Assembly (NCBI RefSeq): GCF_001194135.2
Contig: NC_068988.1
Location: 3,005,425-3,069,424, forward strand
Length of the DNA stretch: 64,000 nucleotides
Reading direction: 5' to 3'
Source: Octopus bimaculoides
Taxonomy: Eukaryota
A model generated the notes under the pieces. That model saw nothing but the letters and a program-made list of their open reading frames with translations, did no database searches and was not told the DNA's origin. This document shows, in pieces, positions 1 to 10,860 of the stretch. Within the stretch, counting starts at the first letter, position 1. Each line of letters opens with the position of its first letter. Both the position numbers and the translations under genes were made by a program.

Positions 1-218
1 TAGAGATTCATTGTCATTGTTCAACATCAGTGTGGTTCTCCATGATCTCATACTTACAGATAAAAAGTTTCGCAGAGTAGGAGCTATTTTATACATTTCC
101 AGACATTTCCTAATCCAGCTATGTGGTAGGCTATCAAAGGCCTTTTTATAGTCTATCCAGGCTATTGACAAGTTTTTGTGTCGCTTGTGACAATCTTCTA
201 AGATCATCTTATTGATGA

Positions 219-324
<106 letters not shown>

Positions 325-813
325 CAACTGTCATCATTATTATGCATTAGAGCAATTGAATATCCACTTTTTCACCTTAGGGTGGAAAGAATATGGTTTG
401 TTAGAAGTTTTTGTAGATCATATTTTGTAAATATGATTATTTGCATAACAAAATTTCTTCTTCATCTGGCTTACATGCCCCCAAGAATTTTGAACTGGTT
501 TTTGAAAACTTCATAAACAAGAACACACATTTTTAAAAATTGACAAACAGAAAGAAAAATGGCAACAGGTAAACAAGGAAGCACAGATATTTAGATTTCA
601 CAGAAAACAAACAGTTTTACAAATGGCAATCAAAATGATGGAAAAATAAAGGAAATAACTCTTTGGCAGCATTACTTGCCTTGAAATACTTATGAATATG
701 GATCAACTCTCTTATAAAAGAAAGTAGAAAAAGTATATTCTGGAGTATTCTGCTTTGTCCTGGTACATGGATATGATCTCCGTATGGACAGCAAACCTGA
801 CCCTCAGTTGTGA

Positions 814-877
814 GTGCCAGGCTTTGTGGGTGCCAGGCTTTGTGGATGCCAGGCTTTGTGGGTGCCAGGCTTTGTGG
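814..877. repeat. 16-bp tandem repeat x4 (GTGCCAGGCTTTGTGG)
   Basis: Four units at 814, 830, 846 (G>A at first base) and 862. Confidence 0.95.
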
Positions 878-1015
878 GACCTGAATGCTGATCAAAATGG
901 TGATACAAAACAGATTTTGTTGAGAGAAAGGTAAGGAGAGAAGACACATAGCAGTGTCTATGAAAACAGGTAGACGTTTTCAGTATGCATTAAATGGAGC
1001 AGCTGAAAGGACTAA

Positions 1016-1048
<33 letters not shown>

Positions 1049-1283
1049 CAAAAGAAAATATATAGGTGAGTCTGTGTATATATAATTTAAGTAATGATTC
1101 ATAACAAATTTCAGTGTGTTGCATTCTCATGGAAGAAAGTGAAGAAAGAATAACAAGTTGGATCTGTAAGAGGACAAATAGTAGATAAGTATAGAACTAC
1201 CTGCTGCTAGTTCTTCAAATACATATACATATATGTGTGTGTGTGCTCACATATATATATATATGTGTGTGTGTGTACGTGTT

Positions 1284-1336
<53 letters not shown>

Positions 1337-1498
1337 NNNNNNNNNNATATATATATAAATATAATGAAAATAAGCACACACACACACTTCATGCTGAGCG
1401 GATAATACCAGACTGATTTGGTGCTTCAACTTAAGTACCTAATTCAGCTGAATCTCAATTATTTCTTATATATATATATATATATATATAGCAAGAGA

Positions 1499-1538
<40 letters not shown>

Positions 1539-2887
1539 CACATACACACACACACGCAGACACAGTCGTTTTGTTGTTGATTTTATTTACAATTTTGAGA
1601 TCTTTTCTCATATTTTCTATTTCTTTTGTTCATTGATTTCCACTTAGTTCAGTTGGGTCTTTATATTCCTATACGAACAGATATGATGGAGTATCAGCTT
1701 GTCTTTCTAAATACTTTGGCTGTTGCATATTTTATTTCGTTTTACTTGCTCTGGTTGTAGTTCATGTCTTTTTTTTTTAATAAATCCTTTATAGGTTTTT
1801 TTAATTGTTGTTGCTACTTCATCGCCAAGTTTTATTGTTGTGAATTACATTTCCTGGTCTATTGAGAGATATTTTAGAAGAAAACATTAGTAATATGTTG
1901 TTTGATGGGGGATGAGTACCAGGCGCCCTGAGATGATAAGCTTTTGATAACGACCACGCTAGCCATCAATAAACAGTTGAGTGATTAAAGTCCTGAGCAC
2001 TGAATAGGGTTATGCACTCTGCTGATATTGGTTTTCTCATTCTCAAACTTATGCAAACCTCTGGGGAATGTGGTTGCAATATACTCTCGTTAGGAAATTT
2101 CAATTTCCCTCAAAATATTTAGCTAAGATCTGATAAAGGACCTCAAAAGATTATAATATAGTTAATCTTAATGAAAGTTCCGTAATAGATTAGGTTTACA
2201 AATGAAGGTGATGTTTCGTAATTGCAGAACAACAAACAGGAATTGAGTTGTTAGTGAAAACAGAAATGGCAGGATATACATCTAAAATGCAGGCTAATGT
2301 TAACACTAATGGTCATTTCAAATAAACTAAAAATACTTGTGATGAAATTACTTGCCAATTCAACATGTTTATCGTTTATTTGAAGTGACCGGTATGAAGA
2401 TAATCATAGTGACTATTGATTACTTGAAAAGCTGGAAGAAAACTAATGAGAAAAATTGTCATTACTTCAATTAATGTAAGAGGGATGAAATGTGTGGTAT
2501 TGATGTTTGCAACCATTATGACAGAATCAAAGTTTGGGGTTAATGGTTATTTTATATAAGGGTATTCAACACTATGTCTCATATCAGGAGTATTGTTCAG
2601 ATTAAATAGTGAAGATGATTATAGTCATTTCATAAAATCTACTAATTTCCAAACGATTTAAAGTGCATTGGTTAATTTAGATCAGGTGTGTGGAAGCCCT
2701 CACCTACAGAAGAAGTTTTGTGCACATTTATTTCTGAAGCTGGCTTTTGATGTAGTCTATAGAAACCATAACATATATATACAGCTGAAATCTTAACACC
2801 AAAGCTGTAATTTGATTTAAGTTGCACACCTGTGAGAGATTTATTATTTTTCTCAGCACAGGGACACAGAAAGAATATAAATAAAGC

Positions 2888-3260
2888 ACAGGTATGGCTG
2901 TGTGGTAAGAAGCTTACTCTCCAACCTAATGGTTCTGTGTTCAGTTCCACTGCATGGCACCTTGAGCAAATATCTTCTACTATAACTTTGGGCCAACCAA
3001 ATCTTTGTTGGTCAATTTGGTAGATGGAAACTGAAAGAAGCCTGTCATATAGTTGTGTACGTGTGTGTGTGTCTGGGTTTGTCCCCCCCCCAACCACTTG
3101 AAAACTGGTGTTGGTGTGTTTATGTCCCTCTAAACTTAGCAGTTTGGCAAAAGAGACCAATAGAATAAGTACTAAGGTCAATCCATTTGACTAAAAATTC
3201 TTCAATGTGCTGCCCCAGCATGGCCACAGTCTAATGACCAAAACAAATCAAAGGTAAAGG
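2888..3260 (+). mobile_element. tRNA-like SINE family S1, full length, with internal (TG)n
   Basis: Head TGGCTGTGTGGTAAG...GTTCAGTTCCACTGC (A/B-box-like) and body GAATAAGTACT...CCAGCATGGCCACAGTC recur at 35114, 53621 and 59774. Confidence 0.9.
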
Positions 3261-3468
3261 GTGAAAAGGTAAAAAGATGGGATTACAGAGGGTTTAATTG
3301 AAATCCATCTTACTGTTTTATTTGTTTTCTTTTTTGGATTTGTTTTCTTTTCTTTTTCCTTCTCTCTTTCTTTCTCCTTATTCTTATCACAGCATCTCTC
3401 TGTTTTCACTTAGATTTTAAAAAAGACAAATGGAGTCACAGATAAATACATATACATTGTCGTCGTCG

Positions 3469-3505
<37 letters not shown>

Positions 3506-3544
3506 TATTATTATTATCATTAAGGCAACGAGCTGGCAGAATTG

Positions 3545-3803
3545 AAATACAGGTAGAACAGAAACAGGAAGTAAGAGTGAGAGAGAAAGTTGTGGTGGAA
3601 GAGTACAGCAGGGTTCGCCACCATCCCCTGCTGGAGCCTCGTGAAGCTTTAGGTGTTTTCTCTCAATAAACACTCACNNNNNNNNNNTCGTGAAGCTTTA
3701 GGTGTTTTCTCTCAATAAACACTCACAACGCCCGGTCTGGGAATTGAAACTGCAATCCTATGACCGCAAGTCCACTGCCCTAACCACTGGGCCATTGCGC
3801 CTC
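3545..3803 (-). mobile_element. tRNA-derived SINE family S3
   Basis: Reverse complement begins GGAGGCGCAATGGCCCAGTGGTTAGGGCAG...GTTTCAATTCCCAGACCGGGCG (A and B boxes), followed by a non-tRNA body. Contains a 10-N gap. Confidence 0.85.
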
Positions 3804-5039
3804 CACTCGCCCATGTGTATATCCAACTGAACGAAACAATTACCTCTGATGAAAGTTACTCCAACATTAGTGACAGTTACAAATGTCAACACCAATATTA
3901 CATTCATCAACTCATATAAAAAGTGACAGTTACTTTCAGATCAATATTTTTGACAAGATGTTACTGGCACATTTTCTAATGTGAACAGATAGAAATTTGT
4001 AAACTACAATAAAATTCATAATAATTCCAACCCGTTATCACAGGTTAATGTTAAAAGCTAAAGAATCACTATCATTTTTGGCAATTTCCATTTTTGTTTA
4101 TTTATTTTTGTTTCCCCCATTCTTTCTGTGGAACAAATCCCAGCAAATGTTGAAAACAGAACTCAACACATTGCTTTCCTCATTTATAACCAGTCTTTGA
4201 TTGGAAGCTACCAAATGGTAAACATGTTTATTTTACTGGAATTGGCTTTTTGAAAAACATCACCTGCTGATATAATTTAAATATTTTTTATTTATATTCT
4301 TATTTATCTAATTATTTTTTTTATTGTTGCATTCAGAGAAAATATGAAAAATTACTGTTAGCATATGCAGCCAGTTAAGAGGAAAATGAAGTTGATATTT
4401 GGCTAAAAATATGATTGATGTAACAGTCAGGGAAAAGAGAACATCAACAGAATGTTTCAATAACAGCGTTTCGTTAATATTAAAAGTTATGAAAGTCTTC
4501 AGATATAGAGATCCATATTAAATACCAAAATGTAATTTGAAACTGATGTTTCTTTTAGAAAAAGAAAGCAGTAAATAGTTTCAGAAATATTCATTCTTAC
4601 AAAGATAGGGCAAATTGCAAGATTTTTGATGCATTTGCTGTAGTTAATAGTAATAATAAAAATAAAAAAATAAAAAATGAAAGCTTAATTGAATCATGTT
4701 TTAGCACAGATGCTAAATGTTCGGTTAAGGTGTATGTATTGAACAGACAAAGTATTATTGTAATCTGTGTTAATTGGTTGCCTATTCATACTACATTAGA
4801 TTAACAAGTCTTGGACCCAGGGCAACACATTTAATCTTGCAGATAGTAGACAATTTTACTGCATATTAGCTATAAAATGACCTTCTGTCATGCTGATAAA
4901 TAACTTATTAAAGTGTCTCAGAAATGCTAAACTAAGTTGTCTGAAAGGTTGAGCATAAATAATGAACTTAGAAAGCAGCTGGATATTAAAAATATTTGGC
5001 TCATGAGTGGGAACAGAAGTGTTCATTTTATAGGAATGA

Positions 5040-5260
5040 AATACACCTGTTGGGTGAAGAAAGTCATAGAATGTAGCAAAGTGGTAGACACAGGTGAAGG
5101 AAAATAGGAAGATTTAGAGAAGTCAGATTTCACAATGCTAAACCTCAACAGAGGAGAGATTACCAATTTTAGATGAATGTGGAAATGTCATACGACAACC
5201 ACTTATAAATGATATAGATATGAGGAAAATGAATAATGAGGATGATGATAATCACTACAA
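5040..5260 (+). mobile_element. Old RTE-type LINE 3' end (decayed)
   Basis: Translates as CWVKKVIEC...KSDFTMLNL, resembling the RTE C-terminus at 51492..51767; ends in a (GAT)-like tail. Confidence 0.45.
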
Positions 5261-5284
5261 TAACCCTAACCCTAACCCTAACCC
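5261..5284. repeat. Short interstitial telomere-like repeat (TAACCC)4 = (GGGTTA)4
   Basis: Four perfect units read directly. Confidence 0.9.
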
Positions 5285-6530
5285 TTTTCAAGAATCCTTC
5301 AGGCACATTACTGTTCAGCCAATAGTTATACTCCCAGAAATCTCTTCCTTTTTGTTGATCTGTGTATTAAGTTATTCTGCTGTTCTTTTATGGAATCTTG
5401 TCAGCTGCTTTATCCAAAACTCTTTAACACCATCAGGTCCAGTTATTTTTCAATTACTTATTTTCCTACTTTGTTGTTGCCCATTTACTTTTCCAATTCT
5501 AATTTTTTTCTTGTGAATTTTGTAGTCTTTGAACCTCATTATTATGCTTCTCTTGCATATTCCCTTTATCCTTCCAAACTACAAAACTCTTCTCTGATTC
5601 CTGGTTTACCTCTTTCACATGTGTTTCCACCACTTATTTCTTGATCAAATTTCTTCTAAACAATTTGGAATAATCTTTTTTGCCTATACTGCTTCACTAT
5701 TTAAAGATTTCTTGTTAATTTTCCTCTGCCAAAATGGTTTAAGTTCTTCAGTTACAACATTCAACCCTTTTCTGTCAATACCAGATGTTTCTTTTAGTCA
5801 CCTTTTCTCTTTCATTTCAATATCCATACATCGCCAACAAGCTTATCTATATCTACTAATATTCCTCTTTTCCACCATGGGGGTCATTATTTTGTGTATT
5901 TCCATTACTGTTTGTTCTTTCATTGATTTTCAGTCCCAAATTTTCCCAGCAACTCTGCTAGCTGCCTTAATAAGCTTATAGATTTCTGTTATGTTGTTTG
6001 TTTTTATGTGCTCCAAAATGTTAACGTTTATTGTTTCTTGGTTTCTACTGCTCAGCTTTTTTGCCGTTGCACACACATTCCATACGTTCAGAATTTACTA
6101 ACTTAAACACCATATCAATTATCATTTGACCATCTGCAGTCAGGGCTCCACCTATCCTGTTCTTCCAAAGCTTCATTAATATTATCAGAATTTCCACTTG
6201 CTACATATTACTTTGAGCAATGTCATACAGCTCTGCTATTTCTAATGCATTCTTCTGTACTGCATCTTCCTTGCCTGTATCATGCTCAACACTCACTAAT
6301 TTGTCTCTTGATGAGTTGAAGTTCAATTTTAGACAATTAAGCATTCTTTTGAATTGTTCGTGCTTACACATCCTCTGCTCTTTTGTGTCAAAGAATCCTC
6401 TCCTTTTCCACTCACCATACATTTTCTGTTGATACTAAAATTCTATTTTTATTTATTGGGTTCTTCAAATAGTAGCACTTCCAGATAAAAGCATTTACAT
6501 TTTTACTTCACTTTTGCTTCTTTGTATGGG
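5285..6530 (-). mobile_element. R4/Dong-clade non-LTR retrotransposon, decayed 5' part (ORF N-terminus to start of RT)
   Basis: Minus strand gives VNAFIWKCYY...QKMYGEWKRRGFFDTKEQR (Dong-type N-terminal motif) and TGPDGVKEFWIKQLTRFHKRTAE...KG (start of RT), with stops and frameshifts. Confidence 0.75.
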
Positions 6531-6687
6531 AAGTGGCACCTGGATTATGGCAGCAGCCATCTTGCTCTATAATGGGCTCCAGTCAGATGAAATACCTTTG
6601 CTTAAGATTCCAATCCCATTTAGCCATTATTTGACTCGTTATTTTGTATCATAACATTAATGAGTTAGATTTGCAAAGGATTTTCTG

Positions 6688-7468
6688 TTATTCAGTAGTT
6701 TTATTTTTATAACGTGCTTTCACTTCACTACCGAGCGCAGCTCTGTGTGCCTTGGGTATGTGCTGTGGTTTGCTGTGATGCTCTTATGGTTACTGTATTG
6801 AAAGTGTTTTGCGTAGGATGTGCGCAGTGCCCAGTAGTGCAATTTTCGGTATGTTATATATATTTGTAAGTCCTGGTGTTTTTGTTATGTATTTGTCTGA
6901 ATATTTTTTTATTATACCTAAGGCACCTACTATGATAGGAATTGTTTCTGTTTTTAGACTCCACATTCGAGTTACCTCTATTTCCAGGTCTTTGTATTTT
7001 GAAAGTTTTTCCATTTCTTTTAGAGAAACGTTGTCATCTGCTGGTATTGATACATCAATTAGAAAGCATTTTTTTCCTACATGATCATTGACAACTATAT
7101 CTGGTCTATTGGCCTTAATTTCTCTATCTGTGTGTATTGGCATATCCCAGAGTATGGTTACTTTCTCGTTTTCTGTGACCTTTTCTGGCGTGTGTATATA
7201 CCATCTTTTTTCTGTGTTATTCCATAGTGTTGGCATAGCTTCCAGTGTATATAGGTCCCAGCTCTGTCGTGTCTGTGAATATATTCCTTCTTAGCCAGGA
7301 CTGGGCAGCCAGAGATAATACGATTTATTTTTTCTTCTCCATCGCCACATATTCTGCAGTTACTTGTTATGTTTCTTTTCATTATATGGTTTTGGTAATT
7401 TCTGGTGGGGAGACTTTGGTCTTGTGCAGCAATTAAAAATCCTTCAGTCTCTGCTTTGAGTCCTGAGC
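6688..7468 (-). mobile_element. 5'-truncated R4/Dong-clade element, family A: CCHC knuckle, restriction-like endonuclease (RLE) and 3' UTR
   Basis: SGLKAETEGFLIAAQDQSLPTRNY-CRICGDGEEKINRIISGC...RHDR, then RPDIVV..K..CFLIDVSIP..KEMEKLSKYKDL...IVGALG...LLGTAHILRKTLSIQ* (ORFs 7158..7382 and 6790..7236, one frameshift near 7230). 3' UTR ends ...CTACTGAATAA. Confidence 0.93.
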
Positions 7469-7506
7469 GGTTCCAAGCAGTGTTGTTTTCTGCAAGCGCT
7501 CCATTT
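7465..7506 (-). mobile_element. R4/Dong family B mini-unit, copy B1 (5' part only, fused to family A)
   Basis: ATGGAGCGCTTGCAGAAAACAACACTGCTTGGAACCGCTC matches B2 and B3. Confidence 0.85.
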
Positions 7507-7563
7507 TTATTATTATTATTTCTAATATTATTATTATTATTATTATTATCATTATTATTATTA

Positions 7564-7680
7564 CCTTTGCACAGCTTCTAACGCTGTATATGTATTACAG
7601 TGTCAGCTGTTCATTACCAGAGAACTTCCGGAGTATTCGAGCGGTTCCAAGCAGTGTTGTTTTCTGCAAGTGCTGCATTC
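7564..7680 (-). mobile_element. R4/Dong family B mini-unit, copy B2, with (TAA)n tail
   Basis: Encodes MQHLQKTTLLGTARILRK (R4 RLE C-terminal motif) plus 3' UTR, flanked by TAA arrays. Confidence 0.85.
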
Positions 7681-7710
7681 TTCTTCTTATTATTACTATT
7701 AATATTATTG

Positions 7711-7766
<56 letters not shown>

Positions 7767-7817
7767 TCTATTATTATCATTATTATTATTATTATTATTA
7801 TCATCATTATTATTATT

Positions 7818-7933
7818 GCTTTGTACTGCTTCTAATGCAGGAGATGTATTACAGTGTCAGCTGTTCACTACCAGAGAACTTCCGCAGTATTCGAGCAGTT
7901 CCAAGCTGTGTTGTTTTCTGCAACTGCTCCATT
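7818..7933 (-). mobile_element. R4/Dong family B mini-unit, copy B3, with (TAA)n tail
   Basis: About 12 differences in about 115 nt versus B2 (counted by eye). Confidence 0.85.
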
Positions 7934-7944
7934 GTTCTTCTTAT

Positions 7945-8112
7945 TATTATTCGATAGTCTTATTTTTCTCAAATGCTCTTTCACTTCACCACCGAGCATA
8001 GCTCTGTGTGCCTTGGGTATGTGCTGTGGTTTGTTGTTGTGGTGCTCCTATTTTCACTGTATTGAAATTGCTTTATGCACGACGTGCACAGTGCTTAGTT
8101 GTGTCATTTTCT
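7945..8112 (-). mobile_element. R4/Dong family A 3' end, older copy
   Basis: Shares CACAGCACATACCCAAGGCACACAGAGCT...GTGAAGTGAAAG with the 3' UTR at 6720-6780. Confidence 0.85.
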
Positions 8113-8504
8113 GATTTTATTATTACGGCAGTAAGTTGATAGAATTTTTAGTGTCAGAAGGAATGTTTTGTAGTATTTGTTCTATGCTCAAACCCTATCA
8201 ATGTTAATCTTTGCTTCCATTCTTTTGGAGTCAACAAAATTGAGAACCATTCCAGCACTGAGAATGGTATAATCAGCTGTTCCATTCCTCAAGGCTGCAC
8301 CTATTTTAAAAATAATTATTAAATATTAGCAGTGTAGAATGTCAAAAATTGATTCTATGGACTTTTGCAAGCCATAACGTATGAAATATATTTCTTCTAC
8401 ATCCTCCGTATCAGGAATCGGTAACTTTCTTTTGAAATAGACCATCCTCAATTTGATTTTGTTACATTTGCCAATTTCACACATATCTTTTTGTAGATGT
8501 GCAT

Positions 8505-8962
8505 GTGTACTTGAGTGAGTGTAAGCTTGAGTAATTGTCAGCTTGAGTGAGTGTTTTCCTGGGTAAGTGTGTGCTTGAGTGTGTGCTTAAGTATGGGTGT
8601 GCCTGAGTGAGTGTGTGCTTGAGTATGTATGTGATTTAGTATGTGTGTTGAGTGAGTGTGTGATTGAGTATGTGTCTGCTTGAGTGAGTGTGTGCTTGAG
8701 TATGTATGTGATTGAGTATGTATGTTTGAGTGAGTGTGTACTTGAGTAAGTGTGAGCTTAAATATGTGTGTTATTGAATATGTGCCTGTTTGATTGAGTA
8801 AGTGTGAGCTTGTGTAAGTGTGTGCTTGAATATGTGTGTGATTGTATATGTCCCTGCTTGTGTGAGTGTGTGCTTGAGTATGTATGTGATTTAGTATGTG
8901 TTTGAGTGAGTGTGATTGAGTAAGTGTGAGCTTGAGTATGTGTGTGCTTGAGTAAGTGTGTT
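8505..8962. repeat. Degenerate minisatellite of (GC/GA)TTGAGT(GAGT/ATGT/AAGT)GTGT units, about 16-20 bp
   Basis: About 25 TTGAGT-like cores in about 460 bp; explains the H/T/S/Q-rich ORFs 8538..9047. Confidence 0.9.
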
Positions 8963-9059
8963 TTATTGTTTTGAGATTGCATGAGGCTTGTAAATGAGCA
9001 TTGCTCATTTCCAATCTTCTGTAAATATTATGTTTGGTCTTGCACAATTATTACGTTGC

Positions 9060-9190
9060 TTAGGAACAAGTGAGGAGTGGCAACAGGAAGGGCACCCAGC
9101 TGTAGAAAAACTACCTCAACTAATTCCATCCAACCCATGCAGCCATAGAATAGAGAACATTAGAGCCATGTTGATGATGATGATGATGAG
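9060..9190 (+). mobile_element. Short RTE-tail-like retroposon with (TGA)n tail
   Basis: AGGAAGGGCACCCAGCTGTAGAAA...CCAACCCATGC...GATGATGATG matches the RTE 3' UTR at 50958-51110. Confidence 0.7.
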
Positions 9191-9891
9191 TTTAGCACTT
9201 AGAACAATTATAAGGTCCTTGTTATTTTTATTAGTGAAGTATGAAATGCAACTTCTCAATTAGAAAATAATTCATGTTTGAATGGAGGTTAAAGTACTGA
9301 AATAATTGTTAATTTCTCCAAACGGTTGCTCCATGGTTCAGTTTGAAACTACAATATCATGTTTCTCTCAGTGATTCACGTTTCATTTCAATTAGTTTCT
9401 AGATGCTGTCAAGTGTTAAAATGTATGTGGCTACGTCAGATTCTGTTATTGCTACACATTAGTAATGATACATGTCACAATAAAGTTAATGATTCTATTT
9501 CGTTCTTCGGGGAATGCTGTTACATTGTGCTTGTCGCTATAGATAAAGTAAAATTTGTCTGTGATTGAAGTTAATTTTATATCATATTATAAATCAGTGC
9601 AATATTTTATTCCAGAAGTTTCTGCAGATGATATATCATAACAAATTGCTTCCTATTACATGTATCAGAAAATATGTTCTCTATTTATTATTAATATGTC
9701 TTACTTAGAAATTGAATTAGCACATTGGGAGTAATTTTATTTTGTAAAAGTTGCCAAACTGATAAAAAGAAAGTTATCTTGAAAGAATCTTTGAAAATAG
9801 AATATGGTACAAATGTCTTGGACTTGGAATCATTAAGCCTTTACAATATTTTATGACCCATTCAAAGCTCTCCAAAAATATTCCAGAAAGA

Positions 9892-9934
<43 letters not shown>

Positions 9935-10483
9935 TTCCAAGAACAAACATAATTACCAGATTTCAATAATATTTGAAAGTTTTCAAATATTAATTTGTTG
10001 ATTTTGTTATTTTTTAGTCGAAGCCAACTCTAATTGAGCCAATCAAGGACCTGAAGCCTTCCAGCTATGACCATCCCAGTGTTTTTTTTTCTTTTTTCTT
10101 TTTGCAGAGAAAACAGGAACATATCATTTAAAGCACCCATATCTAAGATGGTAAGGAGTGAATTTATGGGATTTTGGCTTCTGTTTCTAGCTAGTCAAGT
10201 GTGATCCTGTAGTGGCTCCCTTATGTCAAAAAAATAATCACTGAAAAGTTTTAAAAATGTGATGAATGTTTGTAATGTTACAACACGAGAGACATAATTG
10301 CCAGGAGTTAAGGTAGCAGTTTATCAGTGCAATTGTTTGCAGTTCAAACCTGATGCAATCATTTTCTTAACAGCTATAATATGACAGATTGTTGGGATTA
10401 ACAACCGCATTTCTGGATTAACGAGAAATATATCTGATCTTCATAAAACATGCCAACTTGGAGAAGTAATTCACTGCTTGTGT

Positions 10484-10860
10484 AATGAAAAATTAATCGT
10501 AGAGTGCAGAGAACAGGGATGGACTGTCGAGTACTACCATCTGGCAGTGGGGGCTAGGGGCTTCATTGAAAAGAAAATGACAGCGTTATTTAAAAGAAGG
10601 TTTGCATTTTTGAGCTCAGAGGTGAGAAAAGTAATAAGGAGGATACAGAAGGCAGTCGAAAAAGCCAGCTTCTATATATGGCTGAAACAACAAGACCAAA
10701 AATGACTTGAAAATCATGACATGCTGGCTGGGAAATAGCAATGCTAGGTGAGACTGGCTAATATTTAAGCAGCAGGTAGCAGTCTTGTTCATGGTGCACC
10801 CTCCTCCTGGTTTGAAGGCTTGTAACACCAAACAGCTGATCGGTTCTGGGTGCTGGAACT
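10484..10860 (+). mobile_element. 5'-truncated HERO-like RLE non-LTR retrotransposon 3' end (3' boundary uncertain)
   Basis: EKLIVECREQGWTVEYYHLAVGARGF...IQKAVEKASFYIWLK fits the recalled HERO-type C-terminal pattern (L..ECRE.GW....VEVG.RGF...AE.AS.WLWLK). Confidence 0.7.

Noticed and set aside
3638-3727. 40-bp direct repeat flanking a 10-N gap inside SINE S3
   Set aside because: Identical sequence on both sides of a minimal gap is typical of unmerged overlapping contig ends, so it is an assembly artefact.
3730-3803. tRNA-like sequence on the minus strand
   Set aside because: It continues into a SINE body and lacks a proper acceptor stem, so it is a SINE head rather than a tRNA gene.
7500-7950. 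Repeat-spacer pattern resembling a CRISPR array
   Set aside because: The repeats are retrotransposon 3' ends and the spacers are TAA microsatellites; the context is eukaryotic with no cas genes.
10108-10150. Strong AG/GT-bounded 43-nt plus-strand exon candidate
   Set aside because: It lies within a dispersed repeat whose reverse-complement relatives occur near 28090, 40660 and 58830.
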